Shown one piece after another: positions 41,890 through 51,761 of a stretch of 64,000 bases of DNA (its first letter is position 1; every line of letters starts with the position of its first letter). The notes under the pieces are model-generated. The model saw only the letters and a list, made by a program, of their open reading frames with translations. It was not told the origin of the DNA and ran no database searches. This DNA comes from Nitrospirales bacterium (GTDB taxonomy: Bacteria; Nitrospirota; Nitrospiria; Nitrospirales; UBA8639). The DNA lies in NCBI GenBank assembly GCA_963555755.3, contig OY820905.2, positions 64,001 to 128,000 on the forward strand. Reading direction: 5' to 3'. The translations under genes were made by a program, and so were the position numbers.

Positions 41890-42291
41890 TCAGGCCGCTT
41901 GGCTGGCTGTGTTCGCCTCAGGGTGCAGATGAAAGACCTTGTTCATGATCTTCCATTCCCCGTCGACTTTGAGCAGGGTGAATAAGTCGGTGAACCGGTA
42001 ACCGGTCCAGTTGTCGAGTTCCAGTCGCACGGTGGCAACGGTGTCAATCAGGTCTATGCTGGCGATCCGTGCTTTTAGGCCCGCTGCCGGTCCGTTTTGG
42101 TCATTCCAGGCAAAGAGGTGCTCGATTGGGCCTGCGAATAGGTCTGCACCAACATACCCAAAGATCGTCGCGTCTTTGTGGAAAGAGGGTTTCATGTCAT
42201 CGCCTTTGCCGGACTTGGCCCCATCGAGGTAAGGCTGGATGGCTTTTGCGATCGCGTCATACTCGATTACATTTGTTGTTGTGTTACTCAT
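41890..42291 (-). CDS. NTF2-like / putative lumazine-binding protein
   Basis: FHKDA..FTDLFTLLKVDGEWKIMNKVF. Confidence 0.85.
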   Translation of the reverse strand: MSNTTTNVIEYDAIAKAIQPYLDGAKSGKGDDMKPSFHKDATIFGYVGADLFAGPIEHLFAWNDQNGPAAGLKARIASIDLIDTVATVRLELDNWTGYRFTDLFTLLKVDGEWKIMNKVFHLHPEANTASQAA

Positions 42292-42363
42292 GATTCTTTA
42301 CTCCTTTATTAGTTGTAGGGACTTTTGAAAGAGTCCCAGATTTTTTTGTTTGTTAATAATTTC

Positions 42364-43112
42364 CTAAACCTGAATCATTCCGCCGTCAGCCACGAGGTCG
42401 GCTCCGGTGAAGTAACTCGCATCGTCAGAGGCGAGAAACGCTGCGGTCGCGGCGATTTCTTCTGGCCTGCCCGGGCGACCGAGCGGCGTCTGTTGAACAA
42501 TCTGGGCTCCGAACGCTTCGAGTTCGTCTTTGCTCAGACCAAGTTTGTCCACGAGCGGCGTTTGGATAAGCCCCGGGCTGACGACGTTCACCCGAATGCC
42601 GCGAGGCGCGAGTTCCGCCGCCAGCGTTCGTCCCAGCGAACGCACGGCCGCTTTCGTAGCCGAATACACGCTCGTTCTCCGTAGCCCGGACTGCGCCACG
42701 ACGGAGGCGTTGAGAATGATCGACGCCCCTTCCGAGAGAAGCGGCAGGGCTTTTTGAACCGTGAAGAACAGACCGCGCACATTGATGTTAAATAGCCCAT
42801 CGAAGTGTTCTTCCGTCACCGCTTCGATCGGAACAAATGGTGCAATTCCTGCGTTAGCAAACAGCACATCGATACGGCCGAATTGTTTTTGTACCTGGCG
42901 AACAAACGGTCCAAATCATCCAGGTTCGCCACATCACCCCGGATGCCCGTCGCCCGGTCACCGAGTTCGGCCACGGCAAGTTCCAATGCCTCCTTGTTGC
43001 GGCCGGTGATCACGACCTGTGCACCGTCTGCTATGAACCGCTGAGCGGTGGCTAATCCGATTCCGGTGCTCCCACCGGTAATTACTGCGATTTTGTTATT
43101 CAAATTTCCCAT
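42364..43112 (-). pseudogene. Short-chain dehydrogenase with a 1-bp frameshift near 42898
   Basis: TGGSTGIG in one frame; NAG, YSATK and VSPG in another; may be a sequencing error. Confidence 0.85.
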
Positions 43113-43163
43113 TGCGTTTTCTCCTTTTTGTTTTTGTTTCCGATTACGGATGCCTTTTTATTT

Positions 43164-43568
43164 TTAAATGTTGAGCGCAAGGAATGGCTGGCGCTCGCCC
43201 TTGACATACCGAAGGACATCGATGGTATCGATGAACACGGACAGACTGTCCAAGACAATCACGGTCATCAGCCAATACCCAAAGGCGCTTTCTGCCGGGG
43301 CAAAGTCCAAACTCAACCACAGCAAGAACACCAGAGGAATCCAACCGATATGACCAATTCCCATCAGACGGACAAACCCCCTTTCGCTGAAAATGACTGA
43401 CATAATCACCAGGCCAACGATGGCCGTCGCCAAGACGATCTGCGCTTCCATCGTATCAATGAAAAATAGCGGCATGACTATGTTGGCCGTCACGAGCGCG
43501 CCTAACCAGACCTGCCAATGGATTGGCATGATCAGCATCGTCTTCGTGAAATTTATCATTGCCTTCAT
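43164..43568 (-). CDS. Hypothetical 4-TM membrane protein
   Basis: AGGAGG RBS, hydrophobic helices. Confidence 0.7.
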   Translation of the reverse strand: MKAMINFTKTMLIMPIHWQVWLGALVTANIVMPLFFIDTMEAQIVLATAIVGLVIMSVIFSERGFVRLMGIGHIGWIPLVFLLWLSLDFAPAESAFGYWLMTVIVLDSLSVFIDTIDVLRYVKGERQPFLALNI

Positions 43569-43962
43569 TTGTCTATCCTCCTTTCCAGGTCATGCTCCCG
43601 TCCGGTTCCCCGGGGAGGGAGTATAAAACCAGCATCTTCTAAAGTCTTACCCGATACCGTGGACCATTGAGGATGACCAGGTATTTCTTGCATCAGGGTG
43701 TAAAGGGAAAACCCTGCGACTTGAGTCGAGCCTTCCTGCCTTCCTACATAGAACGCGGGAGCCAGCTGCGCTTTGCCTTGTATGCCTGTCCTCTGGCGCA
43801 AGCGCAGTCGACCTTGTTCCTTTAAAACAAGAACCAAGTTCCCCGGAATCTTCCTTGTTAAATTTCGAGTATCACTTGGGCTAGATTTTGTCATGATTCC
43901 CACCACATGCTCCAAAGGCTCGGAGGCCGTTTCACTGTTATGTTGTCAGTTTTGTTAGTGAG

Positions 43963-43997
43963 AAAAAGGCCCGTGGGCTTTTTACCCACGGGCTTTT
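43963..43997 (-). terminator. Rho-independent terminator after the YHS gene
   Basis: GCCCGTGGG/CCCACGGGC stem flanked by A and T runs. Confidence 0.7.
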
Positions 43998-44007
43998 CCC
44001 GTTTCCA

Positions 44008-44466
44008 TTAGAGATCAGACGGGGCTTTATCCCAGATCTCTTTCCAATTCGAGTTCGCTGTTTTGATGTAACCAGGAATATCCTCATTCCATTTACCTTG
44101 AATGTCTCGATCCAAGTTCAGATAGAGTTTTCCATTGACGATCTTCCACACCTGTGGATCGGCCACGAACTTCTTGCCCACTGCTACGCCATAGGCGCAC
44201 CACCCACCATAGGCTGGGACGTACTTACTTGGATTGGCTTCGAACAAATCCTTGTTCTCTTCCGTGGCAAAGGCATAGGACACGCCTTGGTAATCTGCCA
44301 CGTTGTACCCATTGCCCTTGGTCGGTTTGCCATCTGTGAAGTAGGCGACCGGGTCATAGCCACTGATCCCCGGTGTGTTGTGGGTGTAATCTTGTGCCAA
44401 CACCGGAGTGGCCACGACCGCGACCAACAGGGCAACGGCTGGTAAGAATGTTTGTACGACTTTCAT
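44008..44466 (-). CDS. YHS domain exported protein
   Basis: GYDPVAYF, PAYGGWCAY and GKLYLN motifs. Confidence 0.88.
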   Translation of the reverse strand: MKVVQTFLPAVALLVAVVATPVLAQDYTHNTPGISGYDPVAYFTDGKPTKGNGYNVADYQGVSYAFATEENKDLFEANPSKYVPAYGGWCAYGVAVGKKFVADPQVWKIVNGKLYLNLDRDIQGKWNEDIPGYIKTANSNWKEIWDKAPSDL

Positions 44467-44508
44467 GGTGAATCTCCTTGACTGCGGTTAAGGTTGTTGT
44501 GTTTTATG

Positions 44509-44524
44509 TATACAGATCTGTATA
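44509..44524. promoter_or_regulatory. Putative TetR operator
   Basis: Perfect 16-bp palindrome TATACAGATCTGTATA between the divergent YHS and tetR genes. Confidence 0.65.
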
Positions 44525-44620
44525 TTTATAAATTCATAGTCACGATGAGTGAAAAAACGTTACAGAAATTTTTAAACACATACCCTGTAATGGAAATTCA
44601 TGATGTGATAGTGTTTTCTA

Positions 44621-45208
44621 ATGAGAGCGAAACTTCCCAAACTGTCTAAAAGAGACCAGCTGATTCAGACCGCCGTAAAACTCTTTGCCAAAAACGGGTT
44701 TCATGCTACGGGGGTGGATACGATTGTGGCTGAGTCCGGTGTGACCAAGCGCACGCTTTATGCGCACTTTCGTTCAAAGGAAGAATTGGTCTTGGCGGCT
44801 CTTCGACAATATGACGGGGTGTTTCGAAATGAGTTTATGCGGAGGGTAGAGGAGTCGGCGAAAACTCCACGGGCAAAACTTTTGGCAGTGTTTGATGTGA
44901 TAGAACACCGGGTCAAGCAAAACAACTTTTATGGGTGTATGTTCATTAACGCGATTGGGGAATATTCAGAAAATGACACTCCAATTCGAAAGGAATGCAA
45001 AGAATATAAAGACTTGATGAGAGGATATATCAGGGACCTCTGTGAGCAGGCTGGAGCATCAGATCCCAAGGAGTTGGCCGAGGAAATGACGTTGTTACTG
45101 GAAGGCGCGATTGTGACGGCTCAGGTCTCTCAAAACCTGTCGGCGGCAAAAATTGCAAAAAGAGCCGCCAAGACTTTGATCGAAAAAGCTATGCCAAAGA
45201 AGGATTAA
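44621..45208 (+). CDS. TetR/AcrR family regulator
   Basis: GFHATGVD..GVTKRTLYAHF.SKEEL HTH; GCMFIN. Confidence 0.93.
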   Translation: MRAKLPKLSKRDQLIQTAVKLFAKNGFHATGVDTIVAESGVTKRTLYAHFRSKEELVLAALRQYDGVFRNEFMRRVEESAKTPRAKLLAVFDVIEHRVKQNNFYGCMFINAIGEYSENDTPIRKECKEYKDLMRGYIRDLCEQAGASDPKELAEEMTLLLEGAIVTAQVSQNLSAAKIAKRAAKTLIEKAMPKKD

Positions 45209-45423
45209 TAAGAGCGGCCACTGACCCGGAAGAGAAAGAAATAGGGTCAGACACGAATTGTTTCACGACAGAAGCGGTTCAAAAGGGTGGGTTGTACAGG
45301 GATCCAACCTGTGACCCACTGCTATGTTTCAGAAACATTTCCAAGGTTTGAACCTAGGGCAGCTAGATTCTTTTTTCGAGTATCACTTTCTGCAAAAACA
45401 CATTTGCAGAAAAGGCTTCTGTG

Positions 45424-46146
45424 TTATCGAATGTCTCGGAAAAAGGCAGGAGCGAGGACAGGCAAGCGAAACTCAACGCTGAGAATAATCAGGAACACGC
45501 GGGCGAGGCTGCGCCAGATGCCCATTTGGACGAACTTGCGGGAATCGGTGATTACCGGTGGATCGAGCAGGATTGGTGATGCGTGTTTTATGAGTTGTTC
45601 GCAGAATGCAACGTCTTCAAGGATTGGCTGGTTGGGAAATCCACCGAGTTGCTGAAACAGTCTCTGACGGACGAATAGCGCTTGATCGCCGTAAATAATT
45701 CTTGAATAGCGACAACGGAAATTGTCCAGCCAGGACACAACGCGAAGGCGCCAATCGTCTCCTGAGAACTGATGCGAAAACCCACCGGCTTGAATGGATG
45801 AATCGTCTTTCATCGTATTGATGCGCTGAATGCCGTTCGTAGGAAGGACGGTGTCTGCATGCAAAAACAAAAGCCAATCATCGGGTTGAGTCCCATTCGA
45901 GCTAGCATGTCGTGCCCCGGCATTCATCTGTGACGCGCGTCCTTTGGAGGCCGTTAACACCGTGATGCCGGGTATATCTCGTGCAATCTCCTGGGTGCGG
46001 TCCGTGCTCCCTCCGTCCACGACTATGATGTCATACGCTCCTTGCTGTCGATGCAGCGAGGTGAGCGTACTGTGCAAGACCTTTTCTTCGTTGTAGGTGG
46101 GAATGATAACTGAGAGCATTCTTAACTCACCGGCGTGTGGAGCCAC
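45424..46146 (-). CDS. GT2 glycosyltransferase (TIGR04283-like)
   Basis: SVIIPTYNE, VDGGSTD, GRASQMNAG, FLHADT and YGDQ motifs. Confidence 0.85.
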   Translation of the reverse strand: MAPHAGELRMLSVIIPTYNEEKVLHSTLTSLHRQQGAYDIIVVDGGSTDRTQEIARDIPGITVLTASKGRASQMNAGARHASSNGTQPDDWLLFLHADTVLPTNGIQRINTMKDDSSIQAGGFSHQFSGDDWRLRVVSWLDNFRCRYSRIIYGDQALFVRQRLFQQLGGFPNQPILEDVAFCEQLIKHASPILLDPPVITDSRKFVQMGIWRSLARVFLIILSVEFRLPVLAPAFFRDIR

Positions 46147-46766
46147 TTTGGAAGGAGTTGTTGTTGCGTGGCGAGGTATTCGTTTGGATCTTCATCAATG
46201 TCATCGAAACGTGACTGTAAGGTCAGCACTAATGAGTTCGTCAATAGTAAATACGGCTCGGCCTTGTGTCGCAGCTCGTCATGGTCAGTCGTCCCATCTG
46301 TGATGGCTTGATCAAGGACTCGGGTTCCAAAGCCATGGTGGGCTTCTTCTTGGTGAAGCAACACGTTGCAAAGTCTTTGGAACGGCGCACCTCGTTTCTT
46401 TAGCCCTGCTTCTAGTTTGAGGAGAATGGCTTCTCCCAGACTTTCTAAAATCACTTGTTCCGCCACGATTGTTTCAAGGAAATCGTTTCGATCGAGCGCA
46501 TTCAGGATCAATCTCTCGTATTCGGTCAGCGGTGTATATGGTTCGGCGTGCGTGTGGTGACGGGGGTCAATCCACAAGGCTGCTTGAGAAAACACTGTGG
46601 CGTGAAATGCTTCTTGTCGAGCTTGGCTGGTAAGGAAGCGACGCATCTTTGGCGTTGGGGCCAACCTGGCTTGTGCGGCGGCGCAATGATGAGCCAGGCG
46701 CTCCCCCAATTCTAAAAACCGCAGCAGCTCGGCTAATGGGCGGCGTTCGTCAGGGCGAACCAGCAT
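46122..46766 (-). CDS. Ferritin-like di-iron domain protein
   Basis: E...EAFH and E...EEAH ExxH pairs. Confidence 0.75.
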   Translation of the reverse strand: MLVRPDERRPLAELLRFLELGERLAHHCAAAQARLAPTPKMRRFLTSQARQEAFHATVFSQAALWIDPRHHTHAEPYTPLTEYERLILNALDRNDFLETIVAEQVILESLGEAILLKLEAGLKKRGAPFQRLCNVLLHQEEAHHGFGTRVLDQAITDGTTDHDELRHKAEPYLLLTNSLVLTLQSRFDDIDEDPNEYLATQQQLLPKWLHTPVS

Positions 46767-47784
46767 AAACCCTCTCCAATGGGTTGAGTCGCGTTGGCGT
46801 CATTGCAGCTTGAATGGGGTGGCGAAGCACTGAGCTGATGACCCGGCTGCACAGCATGTTGCACGATGATTGGTCGGAGCAGTTGCGGATACCATTGGTA
46901 TCAAAGCGTGACAGGATCTGAGGGAGCGATTGTTCAAGAAGATTGCCGGCATGCTTAAGGGCGAGACAGGGTGCCACATTACCGGAGGCATCAATCGCAA
47001 TGCTGTACTTTCCGGCATCGCAGGGCGCTAAAGATTTGCCGCTTAACCATGTGATGTTATCGTGGAGGTATTGGCGAAAGTAGCCTGATGGGACTAGGTC
47101 TGATTCAACCACCTGTTCAAAAACTTTACGGGCCACCGTCCGTTCGTACTGTAACGTCAGATCAACTTTTCCGTAGCGTTCGATATCCCAGTGGTACGCC
47201 CCGATGACTGGAATACATCCGTGTGCCCGTGCAAACCGAGCGACATCTAATACATCGTGCCTATTCTGGTCGCTCACAATGCAGGTGATGTACTTGGGGT
47301 GTGGATAGTTCTGTAAGAGTTCAATCCCATTTAACACCTCCGGTAATTGGTCTCTTCCTCGAATGCGTTGATACCGCTCGCGGTGTAGGGTGTCTAGGCT
47401 GATGGAAATGTTTACATTCAGTGGCTCCAATCGGTCAATCAGCGATTCCGTGAATTTGGTCCCATTCGTGATGAGTGTCAGGTGGAATCCTATGCTTGCC
47501 AAGTCCTCAAGAATCTCCGGAAGGTCGCGACGAACGAGCGGCTCACCACCTTGCACAAACACAAAGCGAAGCCCTTCTTCATACAGATGGCGAAACACTC
47601 GTCGAATTTCGTCACGCGTCATTTCATAACGACCTTGATTCAAGGGCAGGTCACAGTAGCCACAGGCAGAATTGCATCGGAGGCACACTTCCAAGATGGC
47701 CAAAAGTGGACGGCCAGCCAATAAGTTTGTCAAGGGTCTTGTGAATTGATTGATCAAGTGCATGAGTGGTCTCGAAATAGACAA
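46750..47784 (-). CDS. Radical SAM protein with SPASM/twitch domain
   Basis: CNSACGYC, GGEP, CDAG..GNVAPC and C-terminal Cys cluster. Confidence 0.9.
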   Translation of the reverse strand: MSISRPLMHLINQFTRPLTNLLAGRPLLAILEVCLRCNSACGYCDLPLNQGRYEMTRDEIRRVFRHLYEEGLRFVFVQGGEPLVRRDLPEILEDLASIGFHLTLITNGTKFTESLIDRLEPLNVNISISLDTLHRERYQRIRGRDQLPEVLNGIELLQNYPHPKYITCIVSDQNRHDVLDVARFARAHGCIPVIGAYHWDIERYGKVDLTLQYERTVARKVFEQVVESDLVPSGYFRQYLHDNITWLSGKSLAPCDAGKYSIAIDASGNVAPCLALKHAGNLLEQSLPQILSRFDTNGIRNCSDQSSCNMLCSRVISSVLRHPIQAAMTPTRLNPLERVYAGSP

Positions 47785-47871
47785 TACCTTCGACTAGGAT
47801 CTTTCTAAACCCTCGCCCCTGAGGGGAGAGGGAAGGGTGAGGGGTTCGCTTATGAAGAAATTACCATACCA

Positions 47872-48675
47872 TTACGAAGAAGGCGTGATCTCAATGTGTT
47901 GAATGATACCTGTATGAAACACCATCTGAAATAATTGAGAAATGTGCTCTTGCGAAAAATTTGGATGCGCTTCAACCGCGGAATGGAGAGCCCTTTCGAT
48001 AGACTGTCCTTCATTAAGTGCCGTGAGAACGGAAAACTCAGCTTCTCCGACTTCGTTGATGTAGATCTGTCTGTCCTTTTTATACAAGAGAAGAAGCTGG
48101 GGATGATCCCATTCCGCTGGAGGTTTGCCTTCATGAGGCGTTCCCCGAAGTTTCCAGAGATCGTAAATAGCATATCGCGAGGCAAAAAGGCGAACGGCTT
48201 GGCCGAATCGAAACCGAATGGTCGCATCTTCGGTTAATGACTGAATTCGATCAGGAGCGACCGACTCATGTTGCTTGGTGTGAAACAGTTCTTTAAAGAG
48301 CCATTCATACCGCGCCAGGTCACCCAAAAAAGGAAGGTCGGGGAACGGAGACACCTCATCCAGAAACTCCGGGAATTCTTTTCCATATTTGGATAAATTG
48401 TATGTCGTCGATGGCCGCGCTTGAATAAAATGTTTCGTGAGGGCAAAGAAATCTTCATCCCCACATACCCACCACACAGCCTCGAATGTTTCGCCTAATG
48501 CCTCGGTTAATCGAACGGTGACACCATTGGCATAGACACCGATAGCATCCGGACCGGTCAATGTTCCCCCTGGCGTCAAGGTATCGAGTAGGCGAGGATA
48601 ACTCTCGCTTTGATCTCCCTCAAGGGCCGCTTGGCTAAACAGTTGTTGATAGTCTTTGAGCGTCAGTCGATCCAT
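47872..48675 (-). CDS. DUF2063-like partner of the MNIO
   Basis: IGVYAN..ALGETF..YGKEFPEFL..DLARYEW; overlaps the DUF692 gene. Confidence 0.8.
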   Translation of the reverse strand: MDRLTLKDYQQLFSQAALEGDQSESYPRLLDTLTPGGTLTGPDAIGVYANGVTVRLTEALGETFEAVWWVCGDEDFFALTKHFIQARPSTTYNLSKYGKEFPEFLDEVSPFPDLPFLGDLARYEWLFKELFHTKQHESVAPDRIQSLTEDATIRFRFGQAVRLFASRYAIYDLWKLRGTPHEGKPPAEWDHPQLLLLYKKDRQIYINEVGEAEFSVLTALNEGQSIERALHSAVEAHPNFSQEHISQLFQMVFHTGIIQHIEITPSS

Positions 48676-49501
48676 GATGGCTTTCCCAAATGTTGCTGGC
48701 TTTCTTGGCTTCTTCTTCAAGGCGTGGAAATTCCGGAATGTCATCGTCCCATTCAATCAACACGGGAACCTCGGGTGCGCGAGCAATTACATGAGAAAAT
48801 AACTGCCAGACTTCCGGGTAGACTTGCTTGGAGTGAGTATCGAAGAGGTATGTGCCCATATCGGAATATCCGGCCAAGTGGATTTGGCCAATCAACTCAG
48901 TGGGCACCGCATCCAAATAGGTTAACGGGTCGAAGTGATGGTTTTGTGAATTGACGTACAGATTGTTGACATCGAGAAGAATGTGACACCCGGACTCCCG
49001 TGCAATCAGCGTGAGGAATTCCCATTCGGTATACGGACAATCCGGGAACGAGACATAGGTCGAGACGTTCTCTAGTAGGATCTGGCAGCCAAGAGAATTT
49101 TGAACTGTATCAATATTGTTGAGGATGGTCTGGCGTGCATCATCCGTAAACGGAAAGGGCAACAGGTCGTGAAGGTTCGCGTCTTGTAGACCGGTCCAGC
49201 ACAAATGATCCGAAACAATAAACGGCTGGATGCGGTCCACGAGGCGCTTCAGCCGTTGAAGATATTCGGAGCGCAGGCCCTCGCTGGATACAATGGATAA
49301 CGACACGCCATGAAGGGCCACGGGATAATCCTGACGGATGGATTCCAGCATCTCCAGGGGCCGTCCCTCGGAATCCATATAGTTTTCAGTGAGGGCTTCA
49401 AACCAACGAACGCAGGTCTTCGGACGTTCGTGTAGATACGGGTAATGCGTGGGCCGGAGTCCAACACCGATCATGGGATGTGGGGAGGGTGAGGTGGTCA
49501 T
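48635..49501 (-). CDS. DUF692 multinuclear non-heme iron oxidative enzyme (MNIO)
   Basis: GVGLR, ENYM, HGVSLS, SDHLCW, LENVS, DVNNLY, HLAG, DTH and EWD motifs. Confidence 0.92.
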   Translation of the reverse strand: MTTSPSPHPMIGVGLRPTHYPYLHERPKTCVRWFEALTENYMDSEGRPLEMLESIRQDYPVALHGVSLSIVSSEGLRSEYLQRLKRLVDRIQPFIVSDHLCWTGLQDANLHDLLPFPFTDDARQTILNNIDTVQNSLGCQILLENVSTYVSFPDCPYTEWEFLTLIARESGCHILLDVNNLYVNSQNHHFDPLTYLDAVPTELIGQIHLAGYSDMGTYLFDTHSKQVYPEVWQLFSHVIARAPEVPVLIEWDDDIPEFPRLEEEAKKASNIWESHHGSTDAQRLSTTV

Positions 49502-49600
49502 AAAACTCTCATATTCACGTGTAGTCGACGTAACGTTCAAAATATTACACTGAGTCCTATGGTGGTGAAATCGATAGAGGGACAAACCAATGGTTCATTC

Positions 49601-49671
49601 TGTCATTTCGACCAGAGGGAGAAATCTCTCCTGGCCCGAGGGGAGATCTCTCACATCCGTTCGAGATGACA
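49601..49671. repeat. REP-like palindrome (TGTCATTTCGA...TCGAGATGACA)
   Basis: Imperfect inverted repeat. Confidence 0.6.
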
Positions 49672-49689
49672 ACCTCAAGAACTGAATAG

Positions 49690-50466
49690 TTAAGGCGGAA
49701 TGCCATTCAAATTCCAATTATAGTCTAAGAATTCTACCTGATAGCCCCCGGCTTGTAACTCTTTGGCAAGCACGGGGTCTTGAACGAATTGGCTGACATA
49801 GTGGGTGAGCGAACCTGAGCGAGCCACGAAGTCTTCGGTAAACCAATCGAAAATTTTTGACAGGTAGGCGACCTTTTGTTCCCGATCAAAGCGATTCCGT
49901 GTGGGATCGTTGATAAACCGACGAGCGCTGTCGTTGAGTTGTTCCTCGAGCTGCTCGGCTGTATAGGCCCAGGAGCGTAGTTTGGGGCAAGATTGCGACG
50001 CACACACAATCGCAAAGTGAATACGGGGCTCGCGAAAATTCTGGATGAGGATCTTTTTCTCAAGATTATTCAAATTGAGAGTCTCTCCACCGACCATATA
50101 CTCCCGTCCAATAAAATATCGATATTGCCCAATTTTAGTGCGGGGTGAATAGCCATCCAGAATCCCTTTAATGGCAAAGGCGTTGTATGTGTTAATCCAG
50201 AAGGCCAGCCGGTCGTTTCGCGTGGGCAGGGCATTTGGATTCACTCGATTCAACTGGTCCAAATACACACTCAATCGTGAGTCCCTGGAAAGGCTAGGGT
50301 ATTTGACCACTCCATCCGAAACGTGATCTTTCAGCGCTCCATTGAAAACAGCATGGGAGAATTCCTGAGGCTCAATAGGCTGTTGAGGATGAAACGATCT
50401 AGGAACTGTTGAACAGCCGGAAAGGAAAAGTAAGAGAAATAAAAAAATGGTGATCCAATTTTTCAT
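49690..50466 (-). CDS. DUF547 family lipoprotein
   Basis: LSGC lipobox; LAFWINTYNA, EPRIHFAIVCASQSCP and SKIFDWF motifs. Confidence 0.9.
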   Translation of the reverse strand: MKNWITIFLFLLLFLSGCSTVPRSFHPQQPIEPQEFSHAVFNGALKDHVSDGVVKYPSLSRDSRLSVYLDQLNRVNPNALPTRNDRLAFWINTYNAFAIKGILDGYSPRTKIGQYRYFIGREYMVGGETLNLNNLEKKILIQNFREPRIHFAIVCASQSCPKLRSWAYTAEQLEEQLNDSARRFINDPTRNRFDREQKVAYLSKIFDWFTEDFVARSGSLTHYVSQFVQDPVLAKELQAGGYQVEFLDYNWNLNGIPP

Positions 50467-51216
50467 GGCTTGTGGCCCATAAGTTTGTCAATTTACCGTA
50501 TCAGTCCACGGTTTGTCATTCTCGCGCTACCGGGTCAGGCGATGGCTCATACAATTCTGAACGCGGGAATCCAGAGTTCCGCGCTTCGAATATTTGCTTC
50601 ATTGTAAAAAAAAGGTTCACCCCTGGAGCCCTGCTAACAATTGCGGGGAGGCCTAACAGGGTTTCTACATCCTCGCAACCTTCTTTAAGGCTGCCAGTCG
50701 TCTTGAGCAGTTTCCGACGTGACCAAAGCTTCACCAACATTTCCCTACTTTTGATGCTGCCTAGTCCTTCCATTCAGGAGAGTGTTACACCCAGTCAATG
50801 GAATTGGAATGGCGAGGAGGTAAGATGCAAACGAGAAGAGGTCTGCAAGTTAACTTAATGGAGCGCACAGGACAATCACCGCGATGTGAAAAGAGGAAAG
50901 GGTTTTCTGGAAACAAAGAATTTGATCAACAATCAAGATGTCATATCTTATGAACCAACCTGCGGCCTTTCACCCGTGTCCCGTCATTCTCGCACTACAG
51001 GGCAAGACGAGTCACCACAAAGGTTTGAATGCGGGAATCTAGAGTTTCGAACTCAGCGACTAGATGCCGGCTTACCACCGTGGGCATGCCAGACAAAGGA
51101 TGATAGGCATTCGGGTTGGGGGTAAGATTATCGTGTCTGACTGCCATGGGTCTCTTGCATCGCGTTGTCCGATTCCGCACAATAGTCAAGTTTTAATTAA
51201 CTTGACGAGGTGTCCT

Positions 51217-51306
51217 ATGGGAGGTCTGGAATATTTTGGATTGCTTATCCTTGTTGTGGGCGTTATTGGCCTTGTGGTGTTAATGAAGGGTAAGCGACCG
51301 AAGTAA
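51217..51306 (+). CDS. 29-aa single-TM small protein
   Basis: GAGGTG RBS; MGGLEYFGLLILVVGVIGLVVLMKGKRPK. Confidence 0.55.
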   Translation: MGGLEYFGLLILVVGVIGLVVLMKGKRPK

Positions 51307-51339
51307 GGGGTCCAGTGATGGATATGCATATTTTTGCAT

Positions 51340-51440
51340 ATGCGAAGGACCTTAAATATTGAAAACCACCTGTATTGGAAAGCTACGCGCCTCACGGGCA
51401 TTCGTGAAAAGACTATCTTGGTGAAGGCGAGTTTGGAACA
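51340..51440 (+). pseudogene. VapB-like antitoxin remnant
   Basis: MRRTLNIENHLYWKATRLTGIREKTILVKASLE; no intact toxin follows. Confidence 0.5.
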
Positions 51441-51761
51441 TCGTTACTTCAGCACAGCTGCGAGAAAGCGCTCAATGGCAAACGTTGAAATTTGGCCGCA
51501 CGGTCCGTTGATATTGGCATCGCATCCATGTGTTGCCCAAGGAAAGCGCAGGTATACATGAGGTACGCCTCGTTGACTGAGATGGCGGCTTAGGCGGTCG
51601 CATTGAGCCGGAGACACTCATTCATCTCGTTCTCCATGAATCAGTAACGTCGGAGGGCTCGTTGGCCTGACAAATTGAATGGGGGAAACCCCCTTGTATG
51701 ATCCAAAAAAGGGTCAAACCTATTTATTAATTAATTGATTGATTTCCTCTATACTCTCTCC

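Noticed and set aside
43565..43915. 116-aa ORF inside the TetR-divergent cluster
   Set aside because: No clear start or recognisable family; it may be a real or decayed gene but cannot be supported
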